From the NCBI GenBank assembly GCA_964658305.1, contig OZ210885.1, positions 13,764,001-13,828,000 on the forward strand: a stretch of DNA of 64,000 nt, given 5' to 3'. The stretch is from Leptogorgia sarmentosa (Eukaryota). Below the pieces are notes generated by a model that was not told the origin of the DNA, did not search any database, and saw only the letters and a program-made list of their open reading frames with translations. The translations under genes were made by a program, and so were the position numbers. Shown one piece after another: positions 47,600 to 61,383 of the stretch; the first letter of the stretch is position 1; every line of letters begins with the position of its first letter.

Positions 47600-50500
47600 A
47601 AAAAACTCTGTGAGTAAGAAACCTTGTCGCCTCAATAAATACTCTTTCGAAACCAGAGCAAGATATATTGCGGGTACGGCCATATGCATGATGTTTTAAT
47701 TTGCAATACCAAATCTGATATGCATGAATTGATTTGGCGCTGTAGAACAACGCACATTCAATTGATTAAATTTAGGTTCAATAATTGACATTTGACAACA
47801 TTAACATGGAAATGTCTTGAAAATTTGCGTATTTGAGTTATTTCAATTTATGTGTAATTTGGGAGAAATGGCTTTGTAATTAGCTACTTCTGATCACAAT
47901 TAGTAGCATTCATACTATCTACACGTAATGAATACTGTAAATATATTATTGTAATGACAACTTATATTGCCTTTTATATTTCACTATTTGATTGTATCTT
48001 TTCACTACTTCATGTAAATAGTTCTAATATATTTGTTTTAGCAATTACGATATTTATCATATCCCATATCATATAGCTATAAATGATTCTTGTGATACCT
48101 AGGCACCTTACCTAAAAGTCCAATAGGAATTCCAAAGGTCCCTAGCCCGTTATTACTTTGTAAATAATGTAAATCATTTTGTATTTTTATCGCTTTGTGG
48201 GCAAATAAAACTTCAAACTTCAAATACACTAAAATTGTATTACGCTTCTACATTGAATTAATCAAATAATCACATTTTTAAAATACTTCCATGATAGCAA
48301 AACACAAAGGGAGTTGTCATTTTTTCTCGCCTCTTCAAACTCCATTTTTGTGTCATCAGTTACATCGGAATTACTGAGGAACATGTTCTGATCAGATTTA
48401 AACCAGAACATTTACCATTGAACATTTACCATATATTGAAATATGATTGAGAAAAATTATGGAGTATTTCTTTAGTACAGCATTTCTAAGCATGTCTACG
48501 TATTTACAAAATGCTCACAGTGTGCGGTATAGCTGAAGCTACATCACTGTGAAAGGATATGAAAACTTTGAATTGCGCGACTAATTTATAATTACATACT
48601 CTTTAAAAAGTGAAGATCTTACAAACTCGGATCACAAAATGTATCGATACAAATAAAGACTGCATGTATGTATATCGATATTTAATAACATACAGACTTT
48701 ACATATTTTCAATTACGAATATTTTACCTTTTAAATCGCTTGCTTCAATTCCGTTAATCTAAACCAAAAGAGCTTTAATATCAAGGAACAATCCGTGTTA
48801 ATACTTCGATTTTATACTCGATCAAGATGAAGACAAAAATATATCTCACTGGCATCAAACTGTCTGATGTTCACAGGGTTCTGTGATAATTTAAATATAT
48901 AATTTGCTTTGCAATAACAATATACATTGGTCCGGTGTGATTGAGTGAATAATAGCATACCATGTATCATGCAGTGAGTTTTTTACCCCGCAATTTCATT
49001 AGATACCGCGTACAGATATACGTAGGTCGGCACAAGCCATGGAGCGCGATTGTGGCTTCATATACTGGAATTTTCCGAGCAATTCTGAACTGAATATTTA
49101 TCTTGTCTTACTATTCGCTCAACACCAGAATTTTTAGCCATGCCTGAAATGATCAAATCCCCCCCCCCCCCTCTGGGCCCTCAATTCAAAGTCATGTAAC
49201 ATTTATCATTGATTGGAAGGTTTGGAAGTATCCCATTTGATCAGTTTTTTTCAGTATTTTTACACCAAAAATTGATCAATGTAAACCTTGTTTATAAGCA
49301 TATATTAGAAAAAACTCTGTGTGCACGCGCGCTGTAACAAAAAATCTTGTTGCCTCAATAAATACTCTTTTGTAACCAGAGCAAGATATATTGCGGGTAT
49401 TGCCAGATCCATGATGTTTTAACTTGCAATAACAATTGATATACATGAATTGATTTACCTTTCAAATGGCTTGCAAACAACAAAATATAGTCAAATGTAA
49501 TAGGGAGATGTTATACTGTCGTCTGCAAGACACAACAATTTCATTGAAACCTAAAATTCACATGCAGCATTGATTTTGTATACCAAACCCAACACACAAG
49601 TTGTATGCTAATTTTGAATAGGCCAATAAATTCATAATTTGTAGCTACGTTTTGGTTTAAGCAATTAATAATGACCTAATCATTTCAACATTGCGCTTCT
49701 GCCGTGCCGAACTAAATTTGTGACTTGTTGAATTCGACTATGAAGGGACCATTAGTAATTAAAACTACATTTCCATATGAAACATGGATATGGCCATACA
49801 GCCGTGGAGCGAAAGTAGAGCTTATACACATAGCTAACACACTGTGCTGCATGAATCTTAGATCTTGTTATTCTAGATCAATGGCGCTGTAGAACAACAC
49901 ACATTTAATTGATTAAATTTAGGTTCAATTATTGACAACATTAATATGCGAATGTCTTGAAACATTTGCTGATTTAAATTTAAATGTAATTTGGGATAAA
50001 CGTCTTAGTTAACTAGTTACTTCTGATCACAATTGTGTAGCATTCATAGTTCAGATTGAATTATTAATACATGCATGAAACTACAATACTTACTATCTAC
50101 ACGTAATTAATACGGTAAATATATTATTGTAATGACAACTTACATCGCCTTTTATTGTATCTTTTCACTACTTCATGTAAATAGTCATAATATATTGTAC
50201 GTACGCTCTTATATATTTGTTTTAGCAATTACGATAGCTACTTATTATATCCCATGTCATATGGCCTTACCTAAAAGTCCATTAGGATTTCCAAAGGCCC
50301 TATCCCTTTATTACTTTGTAAATAATGTAAATAATTTTGCATTTTTATCACTTTGTGGGCAAATAAAACTTCAAAATACACTAAAATTGTGTTACGCCTC
50401 AACATTCAATTTATATAATGATCACATTTTTGAAATACTTCCATGATTGCAAAACACAAAGGGAGTTGTCATTTTTCTCCCGCATCCTCAAATTCCATTT

Positions 50501-51465
50501 TTATTGCATCAGTTAGATCGGAATTAGGAACAGGTTCTAATCAGATTTAAACCGGAACATTTACCACAGTTATATTGAAATGTGAATTCGAATATGATTG
50601 AGAAAAATTATGGAGTATTTCTTTAGTACAGCATTTTCCAAGCATGCCTACGTATTTACAAAATGTTCACAGTGTGCGGTATAACTGAAGCTAAATCACT
50701 GTGAATCAAAGGATATGAAAACTTTGAATTGGGCAACTAATTTATAAATATACTCTTTAAAAAGTGAAGATCTTACAAACTCGGATCACAAATTGTATAT
50801 ATACAAATAAGACTGCATGTACATCGATATTTAATAACATACAGACATTACATATTTTCAATTACGAATATTTTACCTTTTAAATCGCTTGCTTCAATTC
50901 CGTTAATCTAAACCAAAAGAGCTTTAATATCAAGGAACAATCCGTGTTAATACTTCGATTTATACTCGATCAAGATAGAGACAAAAATATATCTCACTGG
51001 CATCAAACTGTCTGAAGTTCACAGGGTTCCGTGATAATTTAAATATATAATTTGCTTTGCAATAACAAAATATATTGGACCGGTGTGATTGAGTGATCGT
51101 GAATAATAGCATACCATGTATCATGCAGTGAGTCTGTTTTTTACCCCGCAATTTCTTTAGTTACCGCCTACAGATATACGTAGGTCGGCACAAGCCATGG
51201 AGCGCGATTGTGGCTTCATATACTGGAATCTTCCGAGCAATTCTGAACTGAACATTTATCTTGTCTTACTATATTCGCTCAACACCAGAATTCTTAACCA
51301 TGCGGCCAGAAATGATCAATCCCCCCTCTGGGCCCACAATTCAAAATCATGTGACATTTATCATTGATTGGGAGGTTTGGAAGTATACTATTTGATCTGG
51401 TTTTTTTTTCAGTATTTTTACACCAAAAATTGATAAACGTAAACCTTGGTTATAAGCATATTAGA
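47600..51465. repeat. Tandem duplication with units at about 47600-49310 and 49311-51465
   Basis: Long near-identical stretches, for example 48690-48830 versus 50835-50975. The second unit has an extra segment at about 49455-49880. Confidence 0.9.
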
Positions 51466-54400
51466 CATGGAAGAAAAAAAATTAGCTCAGAATGAATAAA
51501 ATTGATATTACTTCTGCGATCATCGCATCTGCCCCTCTTTACATTTGATATTTTGTAATACTGGCTAAATAATTGCATTGCTCAGCAAAAACGAATCGTC
51601 AAAACTACAATGTGAACTTAGATTAAGAAATAAGAAAATTGAAGGTTTAAGAATCGAGTACTTTTTGCATTGGGATGCAAAGAACTAAATTTGCCTTAAC
51701 TTTCTCGGCGGTAAATATACTATCCGGCTTGAGTTACGTAGTGGTTCTGATTCGCACTAGCAGCTGTTGGTATAAATTTCTAAGTAACTATAACATTTCC
51801 TGCAATCTGATATGAACCTAAAATTCTAATATGCTGTTCTCAACAGCTTCCGAACAGTAAGTGATTGTCACATACGTCTGACCGACGAAAATTCATATTT
51901 TGTCGTCTCCTCCAATCAACAACCGAGCTTATGTAACTAGAAGGCAGTTTATCAGTCAGTTAATGAGACTATTCGTTCGCTAACCTTTAGTTGTGCAGGT
52001 AAACTATTGAAAATATAGTCAGTGAGTAGATTGAGCGTTAGGTGAGTGTATATTCATATATTCATTATTCATATATTCATATTCTTCTCCACTGACTTGT
52101 TTTCAATAGAATTTCGTTGAGAAGAACATGTAGTATTATATGAATATACACACACCCCAATTAACGCTCTAGTTACGTCTCAGGGGCCGGTTGGTCGTAG
52201 CCCGTTTAGCCAAAACGGTGGATAAGTCCAAAATATCAAACAAGTCTTCGTGTTCATTGAACCATCATAATACAAATTTTCAATCTGAAAAGCACACTTG
52301 TGTAAACAATAGTCATGTGAAGCTTGCGAATTTTGTATACTTTCGAAATATTATAACGCTCTTTCACACTCATTGCGAAGTCATTCCATATGATAACGAT
52401 ATTTCACAACTGCAAATTTGGACTGCTCTTTCCAGTTGAAATGATGGGAAAAAGTTGTTCCGATTAGGGAATATTCCACGCTATACAGTAAAATTTTCAT
52501 TGATTTTTGAATCCCAGTAGATTCATTGCATGTCATGTATAGCACAAATGTATGGTTAAAAATGTCTATTAATTTCAATTGTTTGATAATCTTTATAATT
52601 CATAATAGCCACAAAATACGGGTGTATAAATAAAGAGATCATGAACCCTTTCAAATTCAAATTAGCTGTAGCTATACTGTATGTAGTATATTCTGACATG
52701 GCTAATTGCTTTGAATTAAGGTTGGGCAAGAACACAAGGTCTTCTATACTCAGGGGATTAAATTCAAATACGAATTAGAACTAAAGTGCCATACTGTTGT
52801 AAATTTATCTGATCATGAATGAATTACATAAAGAGCAAATTATTGTATATACGTCTGCAGCACCTTGTAGCTACACTAAAGGGTCACTTTCTTGTACACC
52901 TTGTACGTATACGGCCACTCTCATCTCATTGTTATGCTCAGCTCAGAAGTAAAAACTGATCATTTTAAGGCCCCTATTACACTATATACCGGATTGCATC
53001 GGAGCGGAGCGATTTTTATACCGGATTGGGCTGTTGATCACACTACGCCACAGTAATCCGGTACGTGCCGCGGAGCAAAAATCACTCCGCTTCGTTCGTG
53101 ATACGAAAAGTAATCCGGTATGTGCCGTACCAAAATGATTGCCTTACAAAATATTTTTATGTATGTATTGACTGCTGCAAGCGTGCTGCAAATAATGTCG
53201 TGTTTGTATTCCCTAAATATCCAACATTATACGATTCGAAGATGTCTTCGACAGGGGAGCGGCGTAGTGTAATCGCTGCCTAAGAGTACACAACCATTGT
53301 TTCAGGTAACAATGCTATTCATTAGACACCTGTGACTACATTTAAACAGAAGTTTCAATGCCAAGTGGCGCCATCGCTTTGAAGTCATATCAGTTGCGTA
53401 CAACCCAACTTTATACAAAAGGATAATATTTAGCATTCAAAAGGGAAAGTGGCAAATATGTCATAGTCAAAGAGATGTTTTAAAATTTAATCAATGAGTG
53501 ACGGTTCAAAGTTCATTGTCAACAAGAAATAATTACTAACAAGGCCCTATTTACAAGATAATATTTTCTACTGATTTTATATAAATACATGCAGTAAGAA
53601 TAGTTTTAAGAAAAATGCGAGCTACTGCAATAAATGATCAACAACTATATAGTGTTCAGCACATGCTTTGCGGGCTACTGGAACCGGTTTTTCGTAGCCC
53701 GTTTATAGCTTAAACACATTTAAATTTTGCTCCAAAATTTAAATTGTGCTCCAAATTGTGTTTAAGCTACATTTAAATTGTATACTCCAATTCGTATTGT
53801 GGATAATTGAAAATTTACACACTGTCTTGTTGTGTACACAGGTGTTCTTTTCGCAATGGAAATTTTTATTTCAATGGACCGATTGCATAACAGACAAAAT
53901 TTTTAAAAAGTTCGAAATAGTACCATTCATAATAACAGCGTTGAAGAGCATTCCAAAGTTAGTAAAATTGCCGAGTTTGGTTGCGAAATTTTTTAAAATG
54001 CGAAAAATATACCCCAGTGAAGTTTGCAAATTTTGTACATTTTATTATTACGTACGCAAAATTGATACCCGTTTCTCGACAGGGGGTATCAATTTGCCGT
54101 GCGTTATACTAAAATATGCAGAATTTGCAAACTTTATGGGGTCATATCTTGCACGTTTCACAACATTTCACAACCAAACTTTGCATTTCTGCTAATTTTG
54201 GGACTCGGGTTACACATAGGGATATCGATGGGTATTGGGTTGGGTCGACCGTTCATGTTGGCAACGACCGTTGACGAAAAAAGAATTGCCGAGGCGCCAC
54301 AATGGTGACGCAGAGCGAGAAATTTTAAACATTCAGTACAACCTCAAGATTCCCGAAAGTGACCATTTCAGAGACCGAACTCCACTTTCTTAGCACGCTC

Positions 54401-55345
54401 GTTCAGGCGGACGAATGAATGATTGTTGACATTACCTTATTCCTCGAGTTTTTGTCTGAATTATGCTCAAAATTTGCCCGACCATTCGCCATATGGGGTA
54501 CACATTAGGAATTTTACGTTTACCACATGCTGCACATATACCGCGGGTGTCTGAAAAAAATATCGGTGTTTGATTTGTTATACCAGTCAAACTGGGCAGG
54601 TAGTCTCTGTAAAACGCGCTTTATCGAATTCAGAAAGGCCGAACTTAAATTTTGGTATATGACACGAGGATGTTCGAGCAATATTGAATGAGCTATTGCG
54701 ATTTCATTTCCAAACAGCATTTTTGAAAGTGCTTCAAATTACCATAAATCGACCTATCAAATTAACATATAATTAACTCATCTTGGTCTTGCCGTATTAC
54801 ATTTTGCATCTTCCGGTGGACACAGAAGCTGAAATAGAACGTTTTTAATCTAAAACCATGGAATAATACGAAATCTAAGACATTGAAAAGCTACCTTTAA
54901 AATTTACAATACTGGGGGATAGATAACACAATAACTTTTTGAGACACCCGGTATACTAGTGCCTAACCACTTCCCTCCGAATCAAAATTATCCACTACTG
55001 TAGTGCGCAAAACTGAGATCATTTATATATAACAACGACAAAAAGATGATATTGATATTATGATGAATGATATTATGCTGTTAAAATGCATTTTGTACTT
55101 GCTTCATTTAAATTTAATAATTTTCAATCTATATGCTGTCAGTTCTTAACAATGAAGATTCCTACTTTGTTTAATTTTTAAAAATTAATTTTACAAATTA
55201 ATATTTGCGAGTTCGGAAGTAGCTAAATCAACAGTCTTTTATTTTTCATTCACATTGGCGGTTCAAATAACGTGCCTTTTGTATGACAGTATTTCAGCTG
55301 AACATTTGGTGCAAACAACTTATATTGATTAACAATTACTTAAAC

Positions 55346-55356
55346 TATATAAAAAG
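55346..55356 (+). promoter_or_regulatory. Candidate TATA box of the astacin gene
   Basis: TATATAAAAAG about 50 nt upstream of the signal-peptide ATG. Confidence 0.5.
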
Positions 55357-55397
55357 GCGGCTGACTATGATTGAACATTGCAATAAACTGCAGCAAA

Positions 55398-58300
55398 ATG
55401 AAGGTCTTCATAATTTGCTTAATCGTTGGCATTTTGGGCTTCGTCAAGTCCGAAAGTTACGAAAATGGTGAGCAGATGTTCTATTTGGAATGGTAGCTAT
55501 TCTTGTATAAAGTCTCTTGCTTGGCATAAACGTTGTGTTTTTGTCATTAATATCTGGAATTCATTACTTGGTGCATTTCCAAATTCTGCTTAATTGTTGT
55601 TCATTCTAAAGTTAGCTAATTCTTCATTCTGAATATTCTTACATTAGAAAATTTTGACGATAATTCGGAGGATCACTCCGTTTTCGACAAGATCCTGGCT
55701 ATAAACCAAAAATCAGGTAAGCTTAAATGATTTGCGAAAGGAAGACTCTTTCCATCATAATATTCGGATATAACTTTAGTGCTCTCTTGCTATGCTTTAA
55801 TTCTCAACCAATTTCTTTTCTGATTTTCTCAATTGTACTGGAGTAGTAACGGACGAATTTCTTCATCTAAGTTTGAGTGTCCAAGTTGTCATTCCTCTTC
55901 GTATATAACAGTTGCAGTTGCTTCTCTTCCCAACCAGGGAGACCAATACAATCGCGAAAAAATGTCCCACCACCCTCGTTAAACGTCTGAAAATATTTTT
56001 TCAAACATGACTCAACGCGCTATTCTTTTTTATCCAATCAAAGTCCAGCATAACACCATTTCATTTCCAAATTTTCTGGAAAAAATATTTAAAGGTAAAA
56101 TTTCTGGAGAGATTTATATTTCGAGGACCAAATTAAGTTCTTACCTATCCAAAATTTGGGTGATTTAGCTTAATATTGTTAAATTTAGTTGTCGTTTATC
56201 GCTTTCAATTCTAATTAAGTAAATTTGATTTATTTGTATTGCACCATGTCTCAAAAGATGAAAGAATGTTGCATTCGTCCATAAAGTCTAAAATTTAACT
56301 GGATTACAACAAATTTTAGGTGTGACAAGCGCAAAATCTCAAGCAAATCTGGAAATTTTGGTCCTCGCTATTTAATTGAATCTCCCTAGAAATTAGATCT
56401 TTTAAAATTTGGCCAAGAAAAATATTTTTAAAAATACTTATAGCAGGGGGGGGGCATTTTTTGGGGACACCCTGTGCCATCATTAGCCTTCATCCCTGCT
56501 CCTAAATGGGGTAATTTCTAAACTGGCGAGCTAAACTGAAAAGTCACTAAGTGATTTTTTTCCTGCGTCCTTGCAAAGAGTGAATATGATTGAATATGTC
56601 ATCAGTGTTTGTCGCCAGCCAATCAAGTTGCTTCTTCTTTGTTCCCGCGAACACATTCGCCTATAGTGGAAAACGGTCTTAAGGGGCTGATTACATTGTG
56701 AATTTTCAGTCTGGCTGTTGGCAGATTTAAAAGAAGAATATATATATATATATATAATTTGACTAACAAAAGCGCAAATTTTAATACACATTTTAATTTC
56801 TGTGTCTTTGTGTCTCGCAGGCTGTAATTTCTCCATGTAAACAGCTCCTAGCTAAAACCTTTGTTTTCATGCAGCTATGAGTGATATATACAGGGGCCGG
56901 TTGTATAAAAACGTAGTTAAAGTTGACTGTAATTAAGTGGGAAAATTGACCAATCAGAAACCTGTATTTCAAAGTTAACTACCATTTAACTACAAAACGG
57001 ATAGTTATAAGAGTTTTATACAACCGGCCCCTGATGATTGCGATGCAATTGGTTATATTCAGTGCCAGCGCCTAACAATATAAAAATTTGTTTGCAGCTA
57101 GATCACGTTCAGGACGTAAAGAAAAGTATTTTGAGGGAGACATTGTGATGACAAAGTCGATAGAAGAAATGATTGAAAATCGCAAACGTGGCGCAGCCTC
57201 GGCAAATGATAGACACAATTGGCCGTTCAACCCTGGGAATGGCAAATACGAGATACCTTATGTGATTGACCGAAGTAAGCTAACGTGCAAATCTCATTTA
57301 TGTTTCGGTTATAACAACACAGCTGTTAGGCAATTAGCGTTTGTGTAGTTTTCAAGGGGGGTTTTATGGATTGAGGATAAAATGTGTAAATTAAGTCAAA
57401 ATAGCGAACAAGATTCGTGTTCACTGAAAGCGCATCGATTTGAAAACACTGTTGACAGCCGTTGAAGAAAGACCTCAATGGATAGTACCTAATATTTCTC
57501 AATTGAGAACACGGATAATGCCCACGCTGGACTATCGCTGATAGCTATATTGATATAGTTATATTAGTGTTAGATATGAACCATTTTTCTATATACTGAG
57601 AATTTCCTTAATCCCAACCCAAACCCTAGAATCCTAACCCTGACCATTGTGGTCAGAAAGATATTGAGGAAAAAAAAGTTTTCATCACTAACGCTGAAAA
57701 ATATGTCGAACTGGGGCTTGAACTATAGAACTGCAACGCACGCACCGCGTGCCTTACCACTTGAGCTAAATCGAGCTCGCTGCTCACCACTCTGGCCTGG
57801 CTAAATGCATATGATTATAGACCCGGGCAATCACTGTTCATAATTTACCAGGCCAGGCTACTTAGACGATAGTCCAGCGTGGGCATTACCCATGTTCTCA
57901 ATTGAGAAATATCGGGTACTTCCCGTTGAGGTCTTTGTTTAACGGGTGTGTTGAAAGTGAATAAAAATGAAAACGCATTGTACTTTTGAAAATGATGATA
58001 TCACTCCAATCGATTGCCACCCATTAATAGATCTTAAATCAACTTGTGGCGTAGAAAATATAACCAAACTTTGTGAGTTAGCCTGACATAAAATTTCGTA
58101 TGTTTTTGGCAAATGAAATTATTTGAATTGTACGTAACCACGATAACTTCATACCGGAGAGAAATTGTGGAATAGCTGTTCTAAGATCACCCAGTTTATC
58201 TGGGCCATCCATGGGCCCAGTCCGAGTAAGAAATTAGTTTTATGGTAAAACAAACGTCGAATTGCTGATTTACGCCACTTTACAATCGAATCAGCGTTTT

Positions 58301-61300
58301 CAAGCGTGGACTGTCGAATACGCTACGAAAACGGTAGTTTTGACGGGAATCTCGTTGCATGCGTTTCCGCGGTCTAAGTTATTTTTTCGACGCTATATCT
58401 TTTAAATGAACCCTTTTCCATCTACAAGTGGAGTTCCACCGAATTGAATAATTTAAATTGAAACTTAGTGATGCACGCGTACCGAAGTTTTGTTTCGAAA
58501 TTTCCTTCATAATCGTATTACTCATATATATTTTCACATGCAGGTGTCTCACGACACTCAAAAAACTCAAAGCTAATACTTGGAGCTATGAGAGAATGGA
58601 TGGGAAAAGTAAAATGTTTCAGTTTCGTACGAAGAACTAACCAGAGAGGATATCTGAAGTTTGCTTCCGGAAATGGGTGAGTTTACAATATTTGTAATTT
58701 CCAATAGATAATTCCCATTGCAAAAAAAAAACATTAATCGAAGCGAGATTTCTGGATGGAACCTTATAAATGTGGTAAAATTCTAAAAATTGGTAGAAAA
58801 ATATTGTAATGTGTCGAAGATGTGCAGGATCACCGATTTCACTATCAGTTATCGTATCTTCGACGGTTGCCACCTAAATTTACGATTAATGATGCAATCT
58901 GCCCCTCTCACTCACTGATACTGTATTATTTCTTCTCCGCAAGCCTACTGTTTACTCTCATGAAACAAACTGCATTCCTCCCAGCCAAATTCCATAGTTA
59001 TACCGTCTCTGTTCCTGCTTTTTAACCTTGCGAGTTTTCATTTTCCGTATGAATCTTAGGCGTTTCACCAATTTTACTGAAATTCAATCAACCAAAACTT
59101 CATTAATTGTAAATCTTTGTACTTTAATGGTCAGAACCAAGGGCGTCAATCCCCATGCCTGTATGCTATACATCACACGTTCCTGTGTGGTTAGAACGAA
59201 GACTTTTAATAGGATAAAGACATGAAGTACAATCAACAATCTGAGATCAGAAGAAAACTATTCGGAGCCTTTGAATAGTTCTGCGAATGAAATCCTAATT
59301 GGAAAGGCAATTAACGGACCTCAGCCACGTACACACGTTCAAATTTGCTTCCGTTTTTATTGATCACTGTGTGCACAATTGATATAATTGATAATTGTTA
59401 AAGAAATCATTTCATTTGCTATTCAAATCTTTATTGATTTATTAAAAATAATACGTATTCAAATAATACACATTCGACATCGAAAAAAAATTCTCATAAT
59501 TTAGGCAAGAAATTCGGCGGAATAATTTTAATAAAACTCGTCCCCAGAACGCTGAAAATGGCATTTGTGCATGAGGTTTCAAATTTCAAAATTTTGCTGG
59601 GGAGCATGTCCCCAGACCCTTCTAGAAAGCGGCACGTTTCATTACTATTTTGAAACAGTCAGGTTTTTGTCCTCCCCCCATAGACGTACGAGGCAGGGGG
59701 GGCAAGGGGGGCAACTGGCGTCCCAAAAAATCAAATTGGAAAATTCAGGCACTGCTTTGAGCATAATTCGGGCAAAAATCTGAGGAATAAAATAATGTCA
59801 ACAATCCTCCAGTCGTCCAAGAAAGTGGAGTTAGGACTCTGAAATCACCGTTTCCGGCAATCCAGAGGTTGTAAAAGTTCAAAAATTTCTCGCTCGGCGC
59901 CAACCATGGAGGCGCCTCGTGACATTCGCTACCCTCATATTCGCGCAAAGATTTTCCTGCCCCCACCTGAAAAAATGTAGCCCCTAACGCTTTTGGTCCC
60001 CCCCCCCCACTTTTTGGGACAGATTGACGCCCTTGGTCAGAACTTTATTTCATTATTTCAGCTGTTCCTCGCGTGTTGGTTACCAAGGAAGAGAACAAAT
60101 AGTTACACTTGGTGGAGGATGTATGAGCCATGGAATCATTGTCCACGAAATCGGTTTGTGAAAATATGCATTTTGTTTCCATCAATCGATCGATTCCATA
60201 ACAAGCAGACTTTTTATCAAAATTAAAATCGAAATAGTAAAATTCATTGCAACAGCGTAAAGAGCGTTTCAAAGTTTGTCAACATGCAATGTTTAGTTGC
60301 GAAAGGTTGTAAAATATAAAAAACGTACCCCTGTGAAGTTTGCAAAATTTCAATGTTCTTGCATTACACAAGAACAATTTATACCAATATCAAGGGGAGG
60401 ATACCGATTTTCCGGGAATGATGTTGAAATAGTACAAAATTTACAAACTTTACATGGGTAAATTTTTGAATTTTGATATCGGTAATGAAATGAATATTTT
60501 TCTTATCGGAATACAATCGGTCACAGAAGAAATCCTGACATGTACAGTCCAAGATAAATAACAAACAGCGAACTGTCAGGAGTTAGATGATTGCGATGCA
60601 ATTGGTTATGTTCAGTGCAAGCGCCTATAACAATATAAAAAAATGTTTGCAACTAGATCACGTTCACGACGTAAGGAATAAAAATCCTTTAATAGTTAGA
60701 AAAACCTTTTGCGTCTCGAAGATTTATATTCGGTGCGCTACATGGATGTACACTTATCATGACCATGACAAGTTAATTATATTGACATGAGCAAGATCAG
60801 CGGTTGCATAACGAACTTTGATGTAGCTATCCCCTCCGCTAATTTCCCTTTAGTAAACGGTCGTTGCCTTCCAAAACGGTCGATGCCTTCCCTGCTCGCA
60901 TTTTAAATGTTACATAATGCCTTCCTACTATAAATACTTTTGTTTTCAATGTTCTCCAGGGAGCTCAAAATTAGCTCTACGAAACCATTCCCCCTAAAAA
61001 TTTTGAAAATTACCAACACGAAACCTCAGTCTCAAACCCAGGTTTGAACTATAAAGCTGCGACGCACGGACCGCGCCCCTAACCGTCCGACCTATTTTCG
61101 ACCTGGCTGAAAATCTTTGAAAACAAAAGTATTTATAGTGGAAATGCATCATGTAACATTTAAAAAGCGAGCAGGGAAGGCATCGTTCGTTTTGGAAGGC
61201 AACGACCGCAATTGTCTTTATTTCGTTACTTCCACCTGACTACTTTAAAACTTACTGTCCAGTTTTCCTCCACGTTTTTATTCGTTTTTTCATTTTCAGG

Positions 61301-61383
61301 CCACGCTCTGGGATTCTGGCATGAACAATCTCGCAGGGATCGTGATAAGTACATAACAATACATTTCGGAAATATCCGAAAGG
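55398..61383 (+). CDS. Astacin-family (peptidase M12A) zinc metalloprotease, secreted, 3' part beyond the window
   Basis: Exons 55398-55467 (signal peptide MKVFIICLIVGILGFVKS), 55648-55716, 57098-57274 (FEGDI prodomain motif, RKR site, WP...IPY), 58544-58676, 60062-60153 (GCSSRVG...HEIG) and 61300-61383. Spliced signature HEIGHALGFWHEQSRRDRD. All phases are consistent. Confidence 0.92.
56894..57030. mobile_element. Harbinger-type MITE
   Basis: GGGCCGGTTGTATAAAA...TTTTATACAACCGGCCC with CAG/CTG flanks. Confidence 0.65.
57460..57945. mobile_element. Foldback MITE with about 80-bp inverted ends and an internal tRNA-like segment
   Basis: AAAGACCTCAA...TTCTCAATTGAGAACA...ATGCCCACGCTGGACTATCG is mirrored at the right end. 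Confidence 0.7.
59138..60035. mobile_element. hAT-like non-autonomous element in an astacin intron
   Basis: TIR CAAGGGCGTCAATC. 8-bp TSD GTCAGAAC at 59130-59137 and 60036-60043. Confidence 0.8.
60858..61208. mobile_element. Foldback MITE with about 90-bp inverted ends
   Basis: CGGTCGTTGCCTTCCAAAACG...CGTTTTGGAAGGCAACGACCG. Confidence 0.75.

Noticed and set aside
40000..55300. Short ORFs in the intergenic region
   Set aside because: They show low-complexity AT-rich translations with no motifs or supporting splice structure, and many fall within repeats or duplications.
57706..57774. Functional tRNA gene
   Set aside because: The acceptor and anticodon stems pair poorly and it is embedded in a MITE.
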